DNA of 64,000 nucleotides from IMG/VR virus record IMGVR_UViG_3300012988_000003, positions 5,004 to 69,003 of that record; one strand, 5' to 3'. Of this stretch, positions 39,844 to 49,728 are shown one piece after another (positions within the stretch are counted from its first letter, which is position 1; each line of letters opens with the position of its first letter). This DNA is from a virus. Under the pieces are notes generated by a model. That model saw only the letters and a program-made list of their open reading frames with translations. It did not search any database and was not told where the DNA came from. The translations under genes were made by a program, and so were the position numbers.

Positions 39844-40146
39844 TTATTTCTTTGGTACCGGTTTACCGCCGGCGTTATGCGAATCGCTGTGACATCCACG
39901 ACGTAGCCACTTAATGCGGTGTAGTTCATCTGACTTCCGGGCACCGTGTTCATTGTGGGCGACGTCGCCGCGCGATTGAAGAATCACAGGAGTCCAAAAC
40001 GCAAACTCTCCACAACCGCATTCACACAACGGCAAATGGTTCTTGTTGATCCTGCTGCGCTGATATGCCGCCCAACGCAACGCCTGGTAATCTTCGCCAA
40101 ACAGTCGTACTCTGCCACCCTTGGTGATGTAGCTGCGCTCATCCAA
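39844..40146 (-). CDS. HNH-like small nuclease
   Basis: CECGCG...DVAHNEH...SDE..WLRRGCH. Confidence 0.45.
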   Translation of the reverse strand: MDERSYITKGGRVRLFGEDYQALRWAAYQRSRINKNHLPLCECGCGEFAFWTPVILQSRGDVAHNEHGARKSDELHRIKWLRRGCHSDSHNAGGKPVPKK

Positions 40147-40357
40147 CCTTCCGGGAAACGGTGTCCTCGGGATCGGCTTCGAGTGCTTCGATCGCGGCTT
40201 TCCGCGTCTCTTTCTCTTTCCGTCTACAGAACGGGCTACAAAACTTATTGCCGTTCTCGTCTTCAAACGGGAACTGCGTGACGACCTTATGGCAGTGCGA
40301 GTAAGCGCACGCGAATAACTCCTCTTCGGCTTCCATCTTGTTCCTTTCTGGATCACT

Positions 40358-40609
40358 TCAGATAACCTCTTCCGGATCGGCCAATTCGTAAAACTTGCCA
40401 ATGCCGTAGTTCGGTAAGGTCAATTCGTCGCCTTCGTTCCAGCGCTTCTTTTTGTCTTTCTGGGATTGAAGGAATCCGGCTACAACCTGGAACCGCGAAC
40501 CGCCTAGAAACTTCAAGTTGCACCTTCCTAGGCTCACCGCATGAAAGTGGTACACGTTGCCGACTTCCAACATTGAACCGGCTATCTGCTTTGCTTCATT
40601 TCTGTTCAC
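40358..40609 (-). CDS. Hypothetical protein
   Basis: GGAGAG RBS, GTGA coupling. Confidence 0.5.
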   Translation of the reverse strand: MNRNEAKQIAGSMLEVGNVYHFHAVSLGRCNLKFLGGSRFQVVAGFLQSQKDKKKRWNEGDELTLPNYGIGKFYELADPEEVI

Positions 40610-40889
40610 GCTGCGCTCTCCTTATCGGCCAATACCCAACTGCGGAATTTTGGAGACTCCCGCATGATGATCCCTTCGCGCTCCAATTCCTCAATCAGAG
40701 ACAAAGGAATTTCTTCTGACGACCCACCGGGATAAGCCGCAAATGTCATATAAAATCTGCCTGATGGCTTAAGTTGCGGCCCACTGCCAGCCTCGTAAAT
40801 ATGCCGACGTTTTGGCCCTCTCCCTCGTTTCATCGGCGGATCGGGCAATCCATCAACTTCACGCAATGCTCTGATTAGGTCGTTTCTGT

Positions 40890-41294
40890 TCACGCTGTTT
40901 TCCTCGTCCTCTTGCGTGCGGCCTGTACGATCTCGATCACACGCGCACACTGCTGTTCGTCAAACTGGCCGATGTGACACCGGTCTTCCGGTAGCTGCAT
41001 CTTGCGCGAGAGCCAGACGTAGGCCCCGGTCCGGCCCCAGCCTCGTTCTTTGATCATCGCGTCGAACTCTTCATGCGCTGCGATTCGCGCCTTCTTGCCG
41101 GCATCGTTCGCCGGTACGCCTAGAGGTCTGCCGTCCGGGTGGGCTCCGTGTACCGTGCGGCAATCGGGATACCGTGAGCAGCCCCAGAACTTGCGCGGCT
41201 TGCCGTTGGCGTAACTGAAACGCCTGGTCTCCCGGAGATGCATAGGTGAGCTGCACTCCGGGCAGACTGGCGCGATGATGGTTGCTGTGCTCAT
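40890..41294 (-). CDS. Zn-finger protein (DUF3268-like)
   Basis: CPEC..GCSRYPDC..HP..PLG..AN..R..AH..FD..Y.WL..CHIG.F. Confidence 0.7.
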   Translation of the reverse strand: MSTATIIAPVCPECSSPMHLRETRRFSYANGKPRKFWGCSRYPDCRTVHGAHPDGRPLGVPANDAGKKARIAAHEEFDAMIKERGWGRTGAYVWLSRKMQLPEDRCHIGQFDEQQCARVIEIVQAARKRTRKTA

Positions 41295-42304
41295 TGCCCG
41301 AAAAGATCGCCTTTCTTGATCCCCTGTACTTCCGGCTTCTTCTTGGCTGCCCTGTCGGCGATATCTTTCTGCTCCTGCAAGACTGCTGCAAGGGTTCCCA
41401 TCTCACCGAGCATCTTCTCGACTTCTGCCGGTGAGCCGCCCATGGTGAACTTCCCGGCCGCTTCTGGATCCAAGAGATAAATCTGCTCATGTAGTTCCTT
41501 GAAGCGGGTAAATTGGGAGTTCTTTGCGCGAGCTTCTTCGAGGTTGGCAGCTTCGTTATATCCGGTACGCTGCTGTGGCGCTGCTGGCTCTGGTGACGTG
41601 TCTGAGGCTCGGCGTATGTCTACGGGTAGCTCTTGCGCTACGGTGGCCCTAACTGATTCCTGACGCGAAATACTATCCTCGGAGTAATCCATTGCCTCTT
41701 CAGCGAGGATCAACCCTTTGAGCGCATCGGGGAATTTGTCGCGTATAGCAAAACCCCGCGCACGCATTTGCAACATGCGGTCGGGATATTTTTTCCAGGT
41801 GTTTGTGCCCCACAGGTCGGCTTTCTTGGCATCCGCTACGGAGAAGCGCTGTTCATGCCAATCGGAACCCTTGCGCTTAACTCGGCATATAGCCACCCTG
41901 CTTTCGCCGGTTCCTTCGAATACTTCCTTGTGGTCTTCGTACTTCGGGTGGTTCATCATGATCGCTGGAACGGCATCGCCCCATATCGCCGGACGCCCGT
42001 TGATGACCGCGATATTCTGCAAGGCGGCCATCGGAGCTAAGCCAACTTCCGCGCCCATCTGCATAGCAATCAGGCAGTTTTCCGGTTTTTCTTTGTAGTC
42101 TTTGGGAACTAGATCGCTTTTGGCCATCGCGACCGCCATGCGCCAAGCTTCATCCAGGCTGCTGAGTACAACGCCGAAGCCGACAGGAACCTGTGGCCGG
42201 AGTATCTGAGGTTTCGGTTGCTCCTGAGTAGCGAGCGCTGCGGTTGGTTGTTGGTCTTGGGTTGGGGCCGCGTCTGTGCGGTTGGTAGCTGGTGCTGTTG
42301 CCAT
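41291..42304 (-). CDS. recT: RecT-like single-strand annealing recombinase
   Basis: KPENCLIAMQMGAEVGL.PM.AL..IAVINGRP...YPDRML.MRA.GFA.RD.FPD. Confidence 0.8.
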   Translation of the reverse strand: MATAPATNRTDAAPTQDQQPTAALATQEQPKPQILRPQVPVGFGVVLSSLDEAWRMAVAMAKSDLVPKDYKEKPENCLIAMQMGAEVGLAPMAALQNIAVINGRPAIWGDAVPAIMMNHPKYEDHKEVFEGTGESRVAICRVKRKGSDWHEQRFSVADAKKADLWGTNTWKKYPDRMLQMRARGFAIRDKFPDALKGLILAEEAMDYSEDSISRQESVRATVAQELPVDIRRASDTSPEPAAPQQRTGYNEAANLEEARAKNSQFTRFKELHEQIYLLDPEAAGKFTMGGSPAEVEKMLGEMGTLAAVLQEQKDIADRAAKKKPEVQGIKKGDLFGQ

Positions 42305-42336
42305 ATCATTGTCCTCTCTCGTGTTGTCGGTTGAGT

Positions 42337-42531
42337 TCATACAAGAAGCTGAATGTCGCCCAGCGCGATAATCCACTCTGGCGTTTCTTTGACGGCCCAC
42401 GTCGAACTGCCCGTGTATTGCGAGTAGTGAACCATCGTGAAATCCTTGTGTGGATACATGGCGCTGATAGCCTCGACGTTCACGAAGAACGGTGTGTCGC
42501 TATCAGCGGTTGTGAGTTTGATCATGCGCAT
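42337..42531 (-). CDS. Small hypothetical protein (FlbD-like fold)
   Basis: MIKLT...FVNVEAI...VKETPE.I. Confidence 0.5.
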   Translation of the reverse strand: MRMIKLTTADSDTPFFVNVEAISAMYPHKDFTMVHYSQYTGSSTWAVKETPEWIIALGDIQLLV

Positions 42532-42749
42532 TGCGTCACCGTCTGTACCTTGCGGCCTTCGATCTTGTTCTTGATGTTCTGGTGAAACCATTTGCCCGCG
42601 CTCGGTGCTGCCTGAAACTCGGCATACTGTTGCGGGGTAATGGCGTAAGCATGTGTCTGGCCGCCATTCTTGAAGACCAGGTGTAACTCGCCATCGTGAT
42701 AACCCTGATGGGTAAACATGCTGCTGTCTTTTACTTCGTGCATTTCCAT
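42522..42749 (-). CDS. KTSC domain protein
   Basis: SS..GY..L.L.FK.G...Y...Y.F..APS.GK.F..NIK. Confidence 0.8.
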   Translation of the reverse strand: MEMHEVKDSSMFTHQGYHDGELHLVFKNGGQTHAYAITPQQYAEFQAAPSAGKWFHQNIKNKIEGRKVQTVTQCA

Positions 42750-42874
42750 TTCATTTCTCCTTGTGAACGCTCTTACCAGTCGGGTTCGACGGGCAAAGAG
42801 CGCAATAAGTATTCGTACAAGCGCCGTCGGTCAGCGGTGCGCCACATTCGGGACACACCGGCTTAGGCGAATTA

Positions 42875-43717
42875 CTAGACACGTCCTGCCAGCCCGGTAT
42901 CCTGATAACTTTCTGTGCCGGGAATATTGAGCTGGGTCTTCATGGCCTTGCCGAGTTGATTGAGGGCGGTGTCGTTCAACTTCAAGAGCGACATCGGCGC
43001 TTTGCCTTCAGCAACTGCTTTCACCAGCAGCAGGAAATTGGCCTCGTACTCCGGTGTCCCGGGATCGCCCTTGATCCGCGCTTTCCAGATATTCCGGCTG
43101 CTCAAGCCTTCAATCTTGGGAACACTGGACTGCAGAATGACCGGCGGTACCCAGGCAGGAGTTGAATCGATCGGCGCAGAGATGATCTGCTCGGCCAGTT
43201 CCTTGTTCCCAGATTGCTCGGCCTCGATCGCGGCATTGATAGCGTTCTCTTCCTGCCGCTTGCGCTGTTCATCTTCAGCCTGCTTGCGCGCCAATTCCTG
43301 AAGCCGCGCCTGTTCGGCCTGCCGCTGCCGCTCGGCTTCGCGCTGAAAGCCGGTAATCGCTGCGGACAGAGCTTTGCCAATCGCTTCGGCTGGCGCCATG
43401 CCGCGGTTGAGTTCGGCGCACAGTTCGCGATGAGAGTTAAACCGGCGCGTCTTTTCCGGCTCGAACGTCTCTTCGAGGTCTTTCATGTAGCTTTTGGCCG
43501 TGAGTAGGAGTTGGCCGGCGCGTTGATACTCGTCCGGGCTGGATACTTTGATTTTGAGTTCCGCAAGCTTGCCGTCGCGGATTACCGCAATGCTCTCGCA
43601 AAACGTGAGCGTGCGCATGACGGCCATGGACCGCCGCATGGTATCGGCATCGGGACTCTGGATCTCTGGCGCTGCCGGTACGGTGGTTAATTGAGTTTCT
43701 GTTGGTACGGTGGACAT
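42875..43717 (-). CDS. Coiled-coil recombination-associated protein (Gam/gp157-like)
   Basis: Long coiled coil, PKIEGLSSR..W...IPG C-terminus; lies between nuclease and RecT. Confidence 0.55.
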   Translation of the reverse strand: MSTVPTETQLTTVPAAPEIQSPDADTMRRSMAVMRTLTFCESIAVIRDGKLAELKIKVSSPDEYQRAGQLLLTAKSYMKDLEETFEPEKTRRFNSHRELCAELNRGMAPAEAIGKALSAAITGFQREAERQRQAEQARLQELARKQAEDEQRKRQEENAINAAIEAEQSGNKELAEQIISAPIDSTPAWVPPVILQSSVPKIEGLSSRNIWKARIKGDPGTPEYEANFLLLVKAVAEGKAPMSLLKLNDTALNQLGKAMKTQLNIPGTESYQDTGLAGRV

Positions 43718-43728
43718 AAAATTTCCTT

Positions 43729-44454
43729 TCAGTGATTGCGTTTGTCGAGAACTATGCAGAGCGCGCTCTGCCAAACTCTTAAATCTTCGGGATAGAACAC
43801 CTTGCTCTTCGGGTCATCCGATGTGTAAAGCTTGTACGTGCCGTCGTCGAACAACTGAGGAATAATCTTCAGCAGCGGACCCGATAGAATGCCCGTGGAT
43901 TGTTCCGGTGTCAGCGGAACCGGGAAACGGCCAGCTCGGATCAGGCCTTTGATCCCTTCCTCATAAGCGCATTCCTGCAGCCCCCAAGAACGCTGCGCTG
44001 CGCCACTGGCATTCTTGATATCAACCAGTGCCCAGCGTCTGCCGATGGTTCCAAGTGAGTCAATCTGCCCGGTGTACCGCATACCGAATGTTTCAAAGAT
44101 GTAGCGGCTTTCGTTGATTAGCGGAACATAGCCGGTATCGACGCGGAATTGCTTGTAGCCGCCGAGCCGACGCTTCACGACCGGCCAGGGATCAACATCC
44201 CGCTCTTCGTTCAAGTCGCCGATGTCAAAGTAGTGGGCCGCCTGGTGGACAAGTTTTCCGATCTGGCGCTTACGCTCCAATGCCAGCGGATTTGTTTGCT
44301 CAACGATGGCATAGTTCGAATAGTTCATCTCGGTCAGAATTTGTGTGACCGAGGGAATCACCTTGCCGTGTTCATCCCAACAAGTGTGCGACTTCTCGTC
44401 AAACAGAAACTGGCGACCGCCAGAGAAAAACGGGATGGCTTGAGCGGTTGACAT
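43729..44454 (-). CDS. PD-(D/E)XK exonuclease (RecE/Cas4-like partner of RecT)
   Basis: PSVTQIL, G..VH, YTGQID, LVDIK, LQ..AY motifs. Confidence 0.75.
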   Translation of the reverse strand: MSTAQAIPFFSGGRQFLFDEKSHTCWDEHGKVIPSVTQILTEMNYSNYAIVEQTNPLALERKRQIGKLVHQAAHYFDIGDLNEERDVDPWPVVKRRLGGYKQFRVDTGYVPLINESRYIFETFGMRYTGQIDSLGTIGRRWALVDIKNASGAAQRSWGLQECAYEEGIKGLIRAGRFPVPLTPEQSTGILSGPLLKIIPQLFDDGTYKLYTSDDPKSKVFYPEDLRVWQSALCIVLDKRNH

Positions 44455-44456
44455 GG

Positions 44457-44843
44457 CTACGCGGTGACCAGTTCTTTCTCTTCGGTGGGCCGCAGGGCTC
44501 CAACTTGCGTAACCGGTTCGACAGACCGCACGTAAGCGGCGACGTCCTCAATGGCCTTTTTGCCATCATGGACCAGAAAGTAAATTTCGCTGATGTCCTG
44601 AATGTGCTTGGCTGTCAGCCACGGCCAGCGCGATTTAACGCATTCCATTTCTGGGATTGGGTCGTAGCCCGACGGCAACGGTATAAGTTCCTTCCAGAAT
44701 TCTTCCGCCGTTATCCCGGTGGCCAGAAGCGCACCGCCCAGAGCACAGCCACAAGAGCCATCCATTGAAAGCCATTCCATCGGATCGCCCTTTTTCAGCG
44801 TGTCGCCCAAAATAATCGCGTGTTGCAACAGCATCGTTTTCAT
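44457..44843 (-). CDS. Hypothetical protein
   Basis: AGGGA RBS; CGCALGGALLATG. Confidence 0.55.
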   Translation of the reverse strand: MKTMLLQHAIILGDTLKKGDPMEWLSMDGSCGCALGGALLATGITAEEFWKELIPLPSGYDPIPEMECVKSRWPWLTAKHIQDISEIYFLVHDGKKAIEDVAAYVRSVEPVTQVGALRPTEEKELVTA

Positions 44844-46146
44844 AATTTCCCTTTCCGGTTTGCTGGTAATGGCCCGCAGCCGGTTTCGGAGCTACGGGCC
44901 TAAGGAGTCTGAATGTTCTGGCCTTGCACTTTGGTTTATTCTTGAGGGCCGCTTTTCACTGCTCGGCCCGCATGGCTGCCTCCTCTCTGTGTTTCGACCT
45001 ACGTGGATAAACAATCGACATCGACTCAAGCGAGTACGAAAATTCACGGCCACAATCCAGGCAGACTTGATAAGTCCCAGTCACCAGCGCCGCCGGTGTA
45101 AGCGCGGCAGACGTTGGACGATTTCTCACCGGAGTAAACGGAGAGCTCAGGCGCTTATGTGAGCAGCCGAAGATGCGCGACCAGAGACTCATGCGGCTCC
45201 GTCCTGCTGCATGAAAACTCCAAACGCCTTGGTGCAGGCACTGCATAAATGCAAGGTTTCCTCTGTGGCCATCGCGTTTGCGTTCTCGTCTTTGAGGGCC
45301 GACCATTCAAGACCGAATGTTTCTTCGTTCGTTTCAAGAGTCGTCTTACAGCGGTTGCATTGGACAAGGTGGCTCACCGGCTACCTCCTACGGCAATGGC
45401 CCAGCCGAGCCAGCAGCCCACGGCAAGAAGCATGAGCGTGAATAGAGCGTTAGCTGCTTTCTCCGGTGTCACAGTCCGTACCTCGCTCTCCGCTCTTCCT
45501 GTGTTTCATGGAGAAGTTGTCTGCCCTCTCTTGACTGCCAGTACAGGTGCGTGATGTACAGCGGTTCGTCGGTGTCCTGAAAGTGCAGGACCTTGCAATG
45601 AAGGCAGTGGTAGTACGTCACCGGCTGCATCTTGACGAGTGCTGGAGCAGGAGAGGCGGTCATGCGGCCTTCCTTTTCCGTAGCCACCTGATGACATCTC
45701 CGAAGAACCATCCCGCAAGCAGGGCGCTGCTACCTATCAGGCCATTTGCAAAGGTGGAGTATCGCCACCAAAGCCCACCCCAAATAATCGCCAAGACAAA
45801 ACCAATCAGCGTTTTCGTGCGATGGCTCATAGCCCCACCACCAATCCATAGAACGCAGCGCCAAGAGCGCAGAAGATGAGAGAAAGACCGAAGCCGCAAA
45901 CGAAGATGAACCAGGGTGAGAGCTTAGGCATGGTCGGCCTCTGCTTCTTTCAGGAGTTCAGCGGCCTGAGCATTGAGGTAGGTTGCGACCCGGCAAAGCT
46001 TGTCGTGTACCGGCTGAAGTCGCATGGTCACAACCCGGGCCTTCATGATGATTTCCTGCGCACCGAGCAGAATGTCGATCTGCCGCGCTATTTCCGGTTC
46101 CGGCTCCGGTGTGTTCAGGCGGTCTGCGGTGATTTCTGTATTCATG

Positions 46147-46851
46147 TCAGGAGGCCTTCCTTCCTTTGGTCTTCCACTCACTTCCGGGGCGGCGATTGCG
46201 ACTCTGTTCTGCTTTGCTTGCCCAACGGCAGTTTGTAGGCTCGTAGTTGCCGTTGTTGTCGATACGTTCCAGCGTTAATCCGCTTGGCCTAGGCCCCATG
46301 TCCGCCAAGAAAGACCGGAATGAATTCCATCTTTCGCAAACCGCAATCCCCCTTCCGCCGTAACTAGGGAAATTCTTGTTGTTAGGGTCGTGGCATCTCC
46401 GACGCATGTTCAGCCAAGAGTTGTATTCCGGAAGCTGCTTAACACCTGGCCAGTTGCTCACTTTTTGCCGTGGCGGCTGGCGTCTTACATGGTTGAGCAT
46501 GATTTGCTGGTGAGTTACCACGGCGAGATTTTCGGAGCGCCGGTTGTCCGTTCCGCGATTGTTGGTATGGCCTACTTCTTTGTCCGCTGGCGCATTTGTC
46601 AGGAAGCGATGCAGGTAGACGCGCCTTCTAGGGCCGTTCCCATATACGGTGGTGTAGGCGTACAACTTAAAGCGCTTGCCATTAGGGTAGGAATTCGCGA
46701 CCCGCCAGAATCCGGCAGCCTGGACGCGATCAAGGTCTACGCGGTCGATGGATACTCCGAAGATTAAACCGTGCTTGGCGGGGCAGAAGAGAACGGCCAC
46801 ACTCGCGCCAACAGCTACGCGGTTGGTACGGTTCGTTCGGGTGGTTGTCAT
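46147..46851 (-). CDS. Double-HNH homing endonuclease-like protein
   Basis: YLHRFL..VGH.N..DNRR.ENL plus YNSW..MRRRC..YGGRGI.VC.RW..TLERIDN.GNYEP.NCRWA. Confidence 0.75.
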   Translation of the reverse strand: MTTTRTNRTNRVAVGASVAVLFCPAKHGLIFGVSIDRVDLDRVQAAGFWRVANSYPNGKRFKLYAYTTVYGNGPRRRVYLHRFLTNAPADKEVGHTNNRGTDNRRSENLAVVTHQQIMLNHVRRQPPRQKVSNWPGVKQLPEYNSWLNMRRRCHDPNNKNFPSYGGRGIAVCERWNSFRSFLADMGPRPSGLTLERIDNNGNYEPTNCRWASKAEQSRNRRPGSEWKTKGRKAS

Positions 46852-46951
46852 GGGGCAGGAACTCCAGTTCTCGGTTAGCTGCGGTTACGCTGGGGAGAAA
46901 TCGACGGGTGGCTCAGGAACCTCAGACTGCGCGACATCTCCCCAACCTCTT

Positions 46952-47200
46952 TTATGCGAATCTCACTGTCTCTTCGACCGCGTAATACCCCTTCAGTGAA
47001 AGCATCTGCATAAGCCTTGTCACGCGGCCAGGATCGAGACCCATTTCTCTTGCGATCTCGCCGTTTGCCGGTCTCTTGCCGCCACGCTTCCGGGTCATGT
47101 CCTTCAAAGCTTCAAAGAATTCGCGCTCTTTTATGGTGAGCTCGTGCTGTGGTACCAGCTTCTTTGTCGATTTTTTCATGGGTGCTTTTACGTCCTTCAA
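46952..47200 (-). CDS. LexA-like winged-HTH regulator (Cro/repressor candidate, no peptidase domain)
   Basis: LTIKEREFF...PANGEIAREMGL...L..KGY; first gene of the leftward operon. Confidence 0.65.
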   Translation of the reverse strand: MKDVKAPMKKSTKKLVPQHELTIKEREFFEALKDMTRKRGGKRPANGEIAREMGLDPGRVTRLMQMLSLKGYYAVEETVRFA

Positions 47201-47360
47201 GATACCGTGATCGTGCTAACAGTATCCCCTTGTTTTTTGCCTGTCAAGAGGAAAATTTGATATTTGTACAAATTCTTGTTGCAATCAAGGTAGTGTTGTA
47301 TTACAGTCCCCAAAGTAACACGGTATCTTGATGCATCGGCAACGGTGCAGTATTCACGGT
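47197..47360. promoter_or_regulatory. Divergent control region with operator-like repeats
   Basis: AT-rich intergenic; TCAAGATACCGTG (47197) / CACGGTATCTTGA (47319) inverted pair. Confidence 0.5.
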
Positions 47361-47394
47361 AAGTAGATGAAGGGGAAGGGAAAGGGGATTAGAC

Positions 47395-48198
47395 ATGCAA
47401 AGAGAGAAACGTATTTCTACTGACGCGCTGGCGGTTTTAAGCGAGTGCGCCGTCGCAGGCAATGCCGTCCAGCTTCCGCCGTCGATGCTTGATCGGAAGC
47501 TCTACATGGAAGTTAATGCCGTGCTTGAGGGCATCGGCGGGAAGTGGAACAAAAAAGCCAAGGCCCACTTATTTAATGAGCCCGAACCTGAAATCGCGGA
47601 TTTACTTGAGGGTTGCATTCAGACGGGGCTGGCGGTACCGCTATCGCGCAATGGCTACTTCCCAACGCCGCCAGACTTGGCAGACTACGTGGTAAGGTTG
47701 GCCGAGATTGAAGACGGAAATGCGGTTCTTGAGCCAAGCGCTGGAACCGGCAACATTGTTGAAGCCGTAGTGCGTACCCGCCGGAAAGCTCAGCTAGCCG
47801 CAGTCGAGAATGACCCCAAGCTACTCCAAAAACTTGCGTTGCTGCAGGACGGGCAAAACAAATTTGCCTGCGAAATATTCATTGTGCCTAGTGATTTCCT
47901 GCAGTACGCCCCAGGCCCGGTCTATGACCGCATTGTGATGAACCCGCCATTTAGCACCAAAGGCGCACCACTGGCCGATATAGATCACATCATGCATGCA
48001 TGGGAATTGCTCAAACCCGGCGGTCGCCTTGTTTCGATTGCCAGCGCGTCTCTCACGTTCAGGCGCGAAAAGAAAGCAGTTGATTTCCGCGAACATGTTG
48101 CGCGATACGGGAGTATCGAGGAATTGCCGGAGAAGTCCTTTAAGGAATCAGGAACGCTCACGCGGACGGTCATTGTTGTTCTAGTCAAGCTCTCATGA
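47395..48198 (+). CDS. N6-adenine DNA methyltransferase
   Basis: YFPTP, VLEPSAGTG (motif I), IVMNPPF (motif IV). Confidence 0.85.
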   Translation: MQREKRISTDALAVLSECAVAGNAVQLPPSMLDRKLYMEVNAVLEGIGGKWNKKAKAHLFNEPEPEIADLLEGCIQTGLAVPLSRNGYFPTPPDLADYVVRLAEIEDGNAVLEPSAGTGNIVEAVVRTRRKAQLAAVENDPKLLQKLALLQDGQNKFACEIFIVPSDFLQYAPGPVYDRIVMNPPFSTKGAPLADIDHIMHAWELLKPGGRLVSIASASLTFRREKKAVDFREHVARYGSIEELPEKSFKESGTLTRTVIVVLVKLS

Positions 48199-48422
48199 TT
48201 GAGAAATTCCCTCAACTCGTAGACCAGAAGGTAGCCGCCGAGATGCTGGCGGTAACTCCTCACACCATGGAGCGCTGGCGCTATGAGGGTACCGGACCGG
48301 AATATATAAAGATTGGAAGTGGCAAGCGGGGCATCGTGCGCTATGATGTGCGGGTTCTCCTGGCGTTTATCCGGGCGAACACACATGTGCCTTCCGTGCG
48401 GGCCGCACAGGACAGCGCATGA
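48195..48422 (+). CDS. xis: Excisionase / HTH_17 DNA-binding protein
   Basis: AAEMLAVTPHTMERWR..G.GP.YIKIG...VRY; directly upstream of integrase. Confidence 0.75.
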   Translation: MIEKFPQLVDQKVAAEMLAVTPHTMERWRYEGTGPEYIKIGSGKRGIVRYDVRVLLAFIRANTHVPSVRAAQDSA

Positions 48423-49471
48423 AACTTTTCAAGAAAAAGAAATCGCAGTTCCTGCACTACGACTTCACGGTAGGCGGTAAGCGCTACCGTGGTTCAACCG
48501 GGGAAACAAACAAGAACCGGGCCACCACCATTGCATCCATGAAGCTCTCAAAGCTGATTGATGCCGGTGATGATCCGATACCCAAAAAGACACCGACTCT
48601 CGCCGAACTGGCCGTGAAGTTCCTTGGCTTCGTAGACCAGACCGAGCGGAAGTCAAAAACAAAAACGTACTACCGAAGCGGATGGCGCTTGCTCGAATCG
48701 ACTCCACTTCGCAATATGCGAATCGACGGCATCACGGCAGAATTGCTGAACGTAATTCCTCTGCCCGGTTCACCGTCGAACGCAAACTGCGCGCTCAGAA
48801 CGCTCAGAAGAATGCTCCGGCTGGCCGAATCGACCTGGGGGTTAATACGTAAAACCCCGAAGTTTGTTCTGCGGGCCGAGCAGGGGCGTAGACAGGTGCT
48901 GACCGAAGCCTTCGAACAGAAACTGCTGGCCGCGGCCGGGAAGCTGAAATGGAGAAAGAAGACCTTCGCGCTTTTCTCTGACGTGGTGATCTTGATGCGC
49001 GAGACCGGGATGAGGAACGAAAGGGAACTGTTCCAGGTCCTGATCGAGAACATCGACCGCAACAAAAAGGTGATCTTCGTACCGGACAGTAAAACAGCGT
49101 CTGGCCGGCGCGAGGTTCCAATCACCAACCGGGCACTGGACGTTCTGGTGTCTCGGATCGGTGAGCGGCGAACCGGCTGGCTCTTTCCATCGAAGCGCAA
49201 CAAGACCGGCCACCTGAAGACCATGAACAAGTATTTCCGGATTGCCAGGCGGGCGGCAAAACTCCCTGAGGATCTGGTGCTCTATTGTGGACGCCACGAC
49301 TTCGGGACCCAAGGGGTAAAACTAACCGGCAACCTGCCACTGGTGATGAAAGCGATGGGACACAAGGACATCAAAACAGCCCTGCGCTATCAGCACCCCG
49401 ACACAGACACACTGCGGGAAGCGATGAACGATCGCGGCCAGAAGCAGCAACAACCCGTAAGGTACCAGTGA
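48419..49471 (+). CDS. int: Tyrosine integrase
   Basis: TGMRNERE (R), SKT (K), LYCGRH, MGH..IKTALRY catalytic residues; N-terminal arm-binding domain. Confidence 0.92.
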   Translation: MKLFKKKKSQFLHYDFTVGGKRYRGSTGETNKNRATTIASMKLSKLIDAGDDPIPKKTPTLAELAVKFLGFVDQTERKSKTKTYYRSGWRLLESTPLRNMRIDGITAELLNVIPLPGSPSNANCALRTLRRMLRLAESTWGLIRKTPKFVLRAEQGRRQVLTEAFEQKLLAAAGKLKWRKKTFALFSDVVILMRETGMRNERELFQVLIENIDRNKKVIFVPDSKTASGRREVPITNRALDVLVSRIGERRTGWLFPSKRNKTGHLKTMNKYFRIARRAAKLPEDLVLYCGRHDFGTQGVKLTGNLPLVMKAMGHKDIKTALRYQHPDTDTLREAMNDRGQKQQQPVRYQ

Positions 49472-49475
49472 AATC

Positions 49476-49721
49476 ACGGCACACTTTACGGCACACCTTG
49501 TTTTTAAAGACTGTGGTAATGCTTGAGGAATCAACGCGGTAGAAAGAATTTCAGGCTTTAGATTCACTGACTACGAATCAGAAGGCCGGGAGTTCGAATC
49601 TCTCAGGGCGCGCCATTCCTTTCAAGTATTTACCCATTTCAAGGCCCGCACGGACACGTGTCTGATGTACCCGTATTTACCCGCATTTGCGGGTGATTTA
49701 CGGCACACCTACGGCACACCT
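49476..49721 (+). other. attP site: tRNA-Arg(ACG) 3'-half core (49567-49615) flanked by arm-type repeats
   Basis: CTGACT-ACG-AATCAG...GTTCGAATC...CGCCA with no 5' half; ACGGCACAC at 49476, 49488, 49700, 49711. Confidence 0.85.
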
Positions 49722-49728
49722 GAGGTTT

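Noticed and set aside
43729-44454. Cas4 indicating a CRISPR-Cas system
   Set aside because: Context (RecT, Gam-like gene) indicates a recombination exonuclease; no Fe-S Cys cluster and no other cas genes
49567-49615. A seventh tRNA gene (Arg ACG)
   Set aside because: Only the anticodon arm to CCA is present; there is no D arm or 5' acceptor strand, so it is the attP core
49476-49721. Short direct repeats as a CRISPR or mini-array
   Set aside because: 9-11 bp repeats in two tandem pairs around the att core fit integrase arm sites; no spacers and no cas genes
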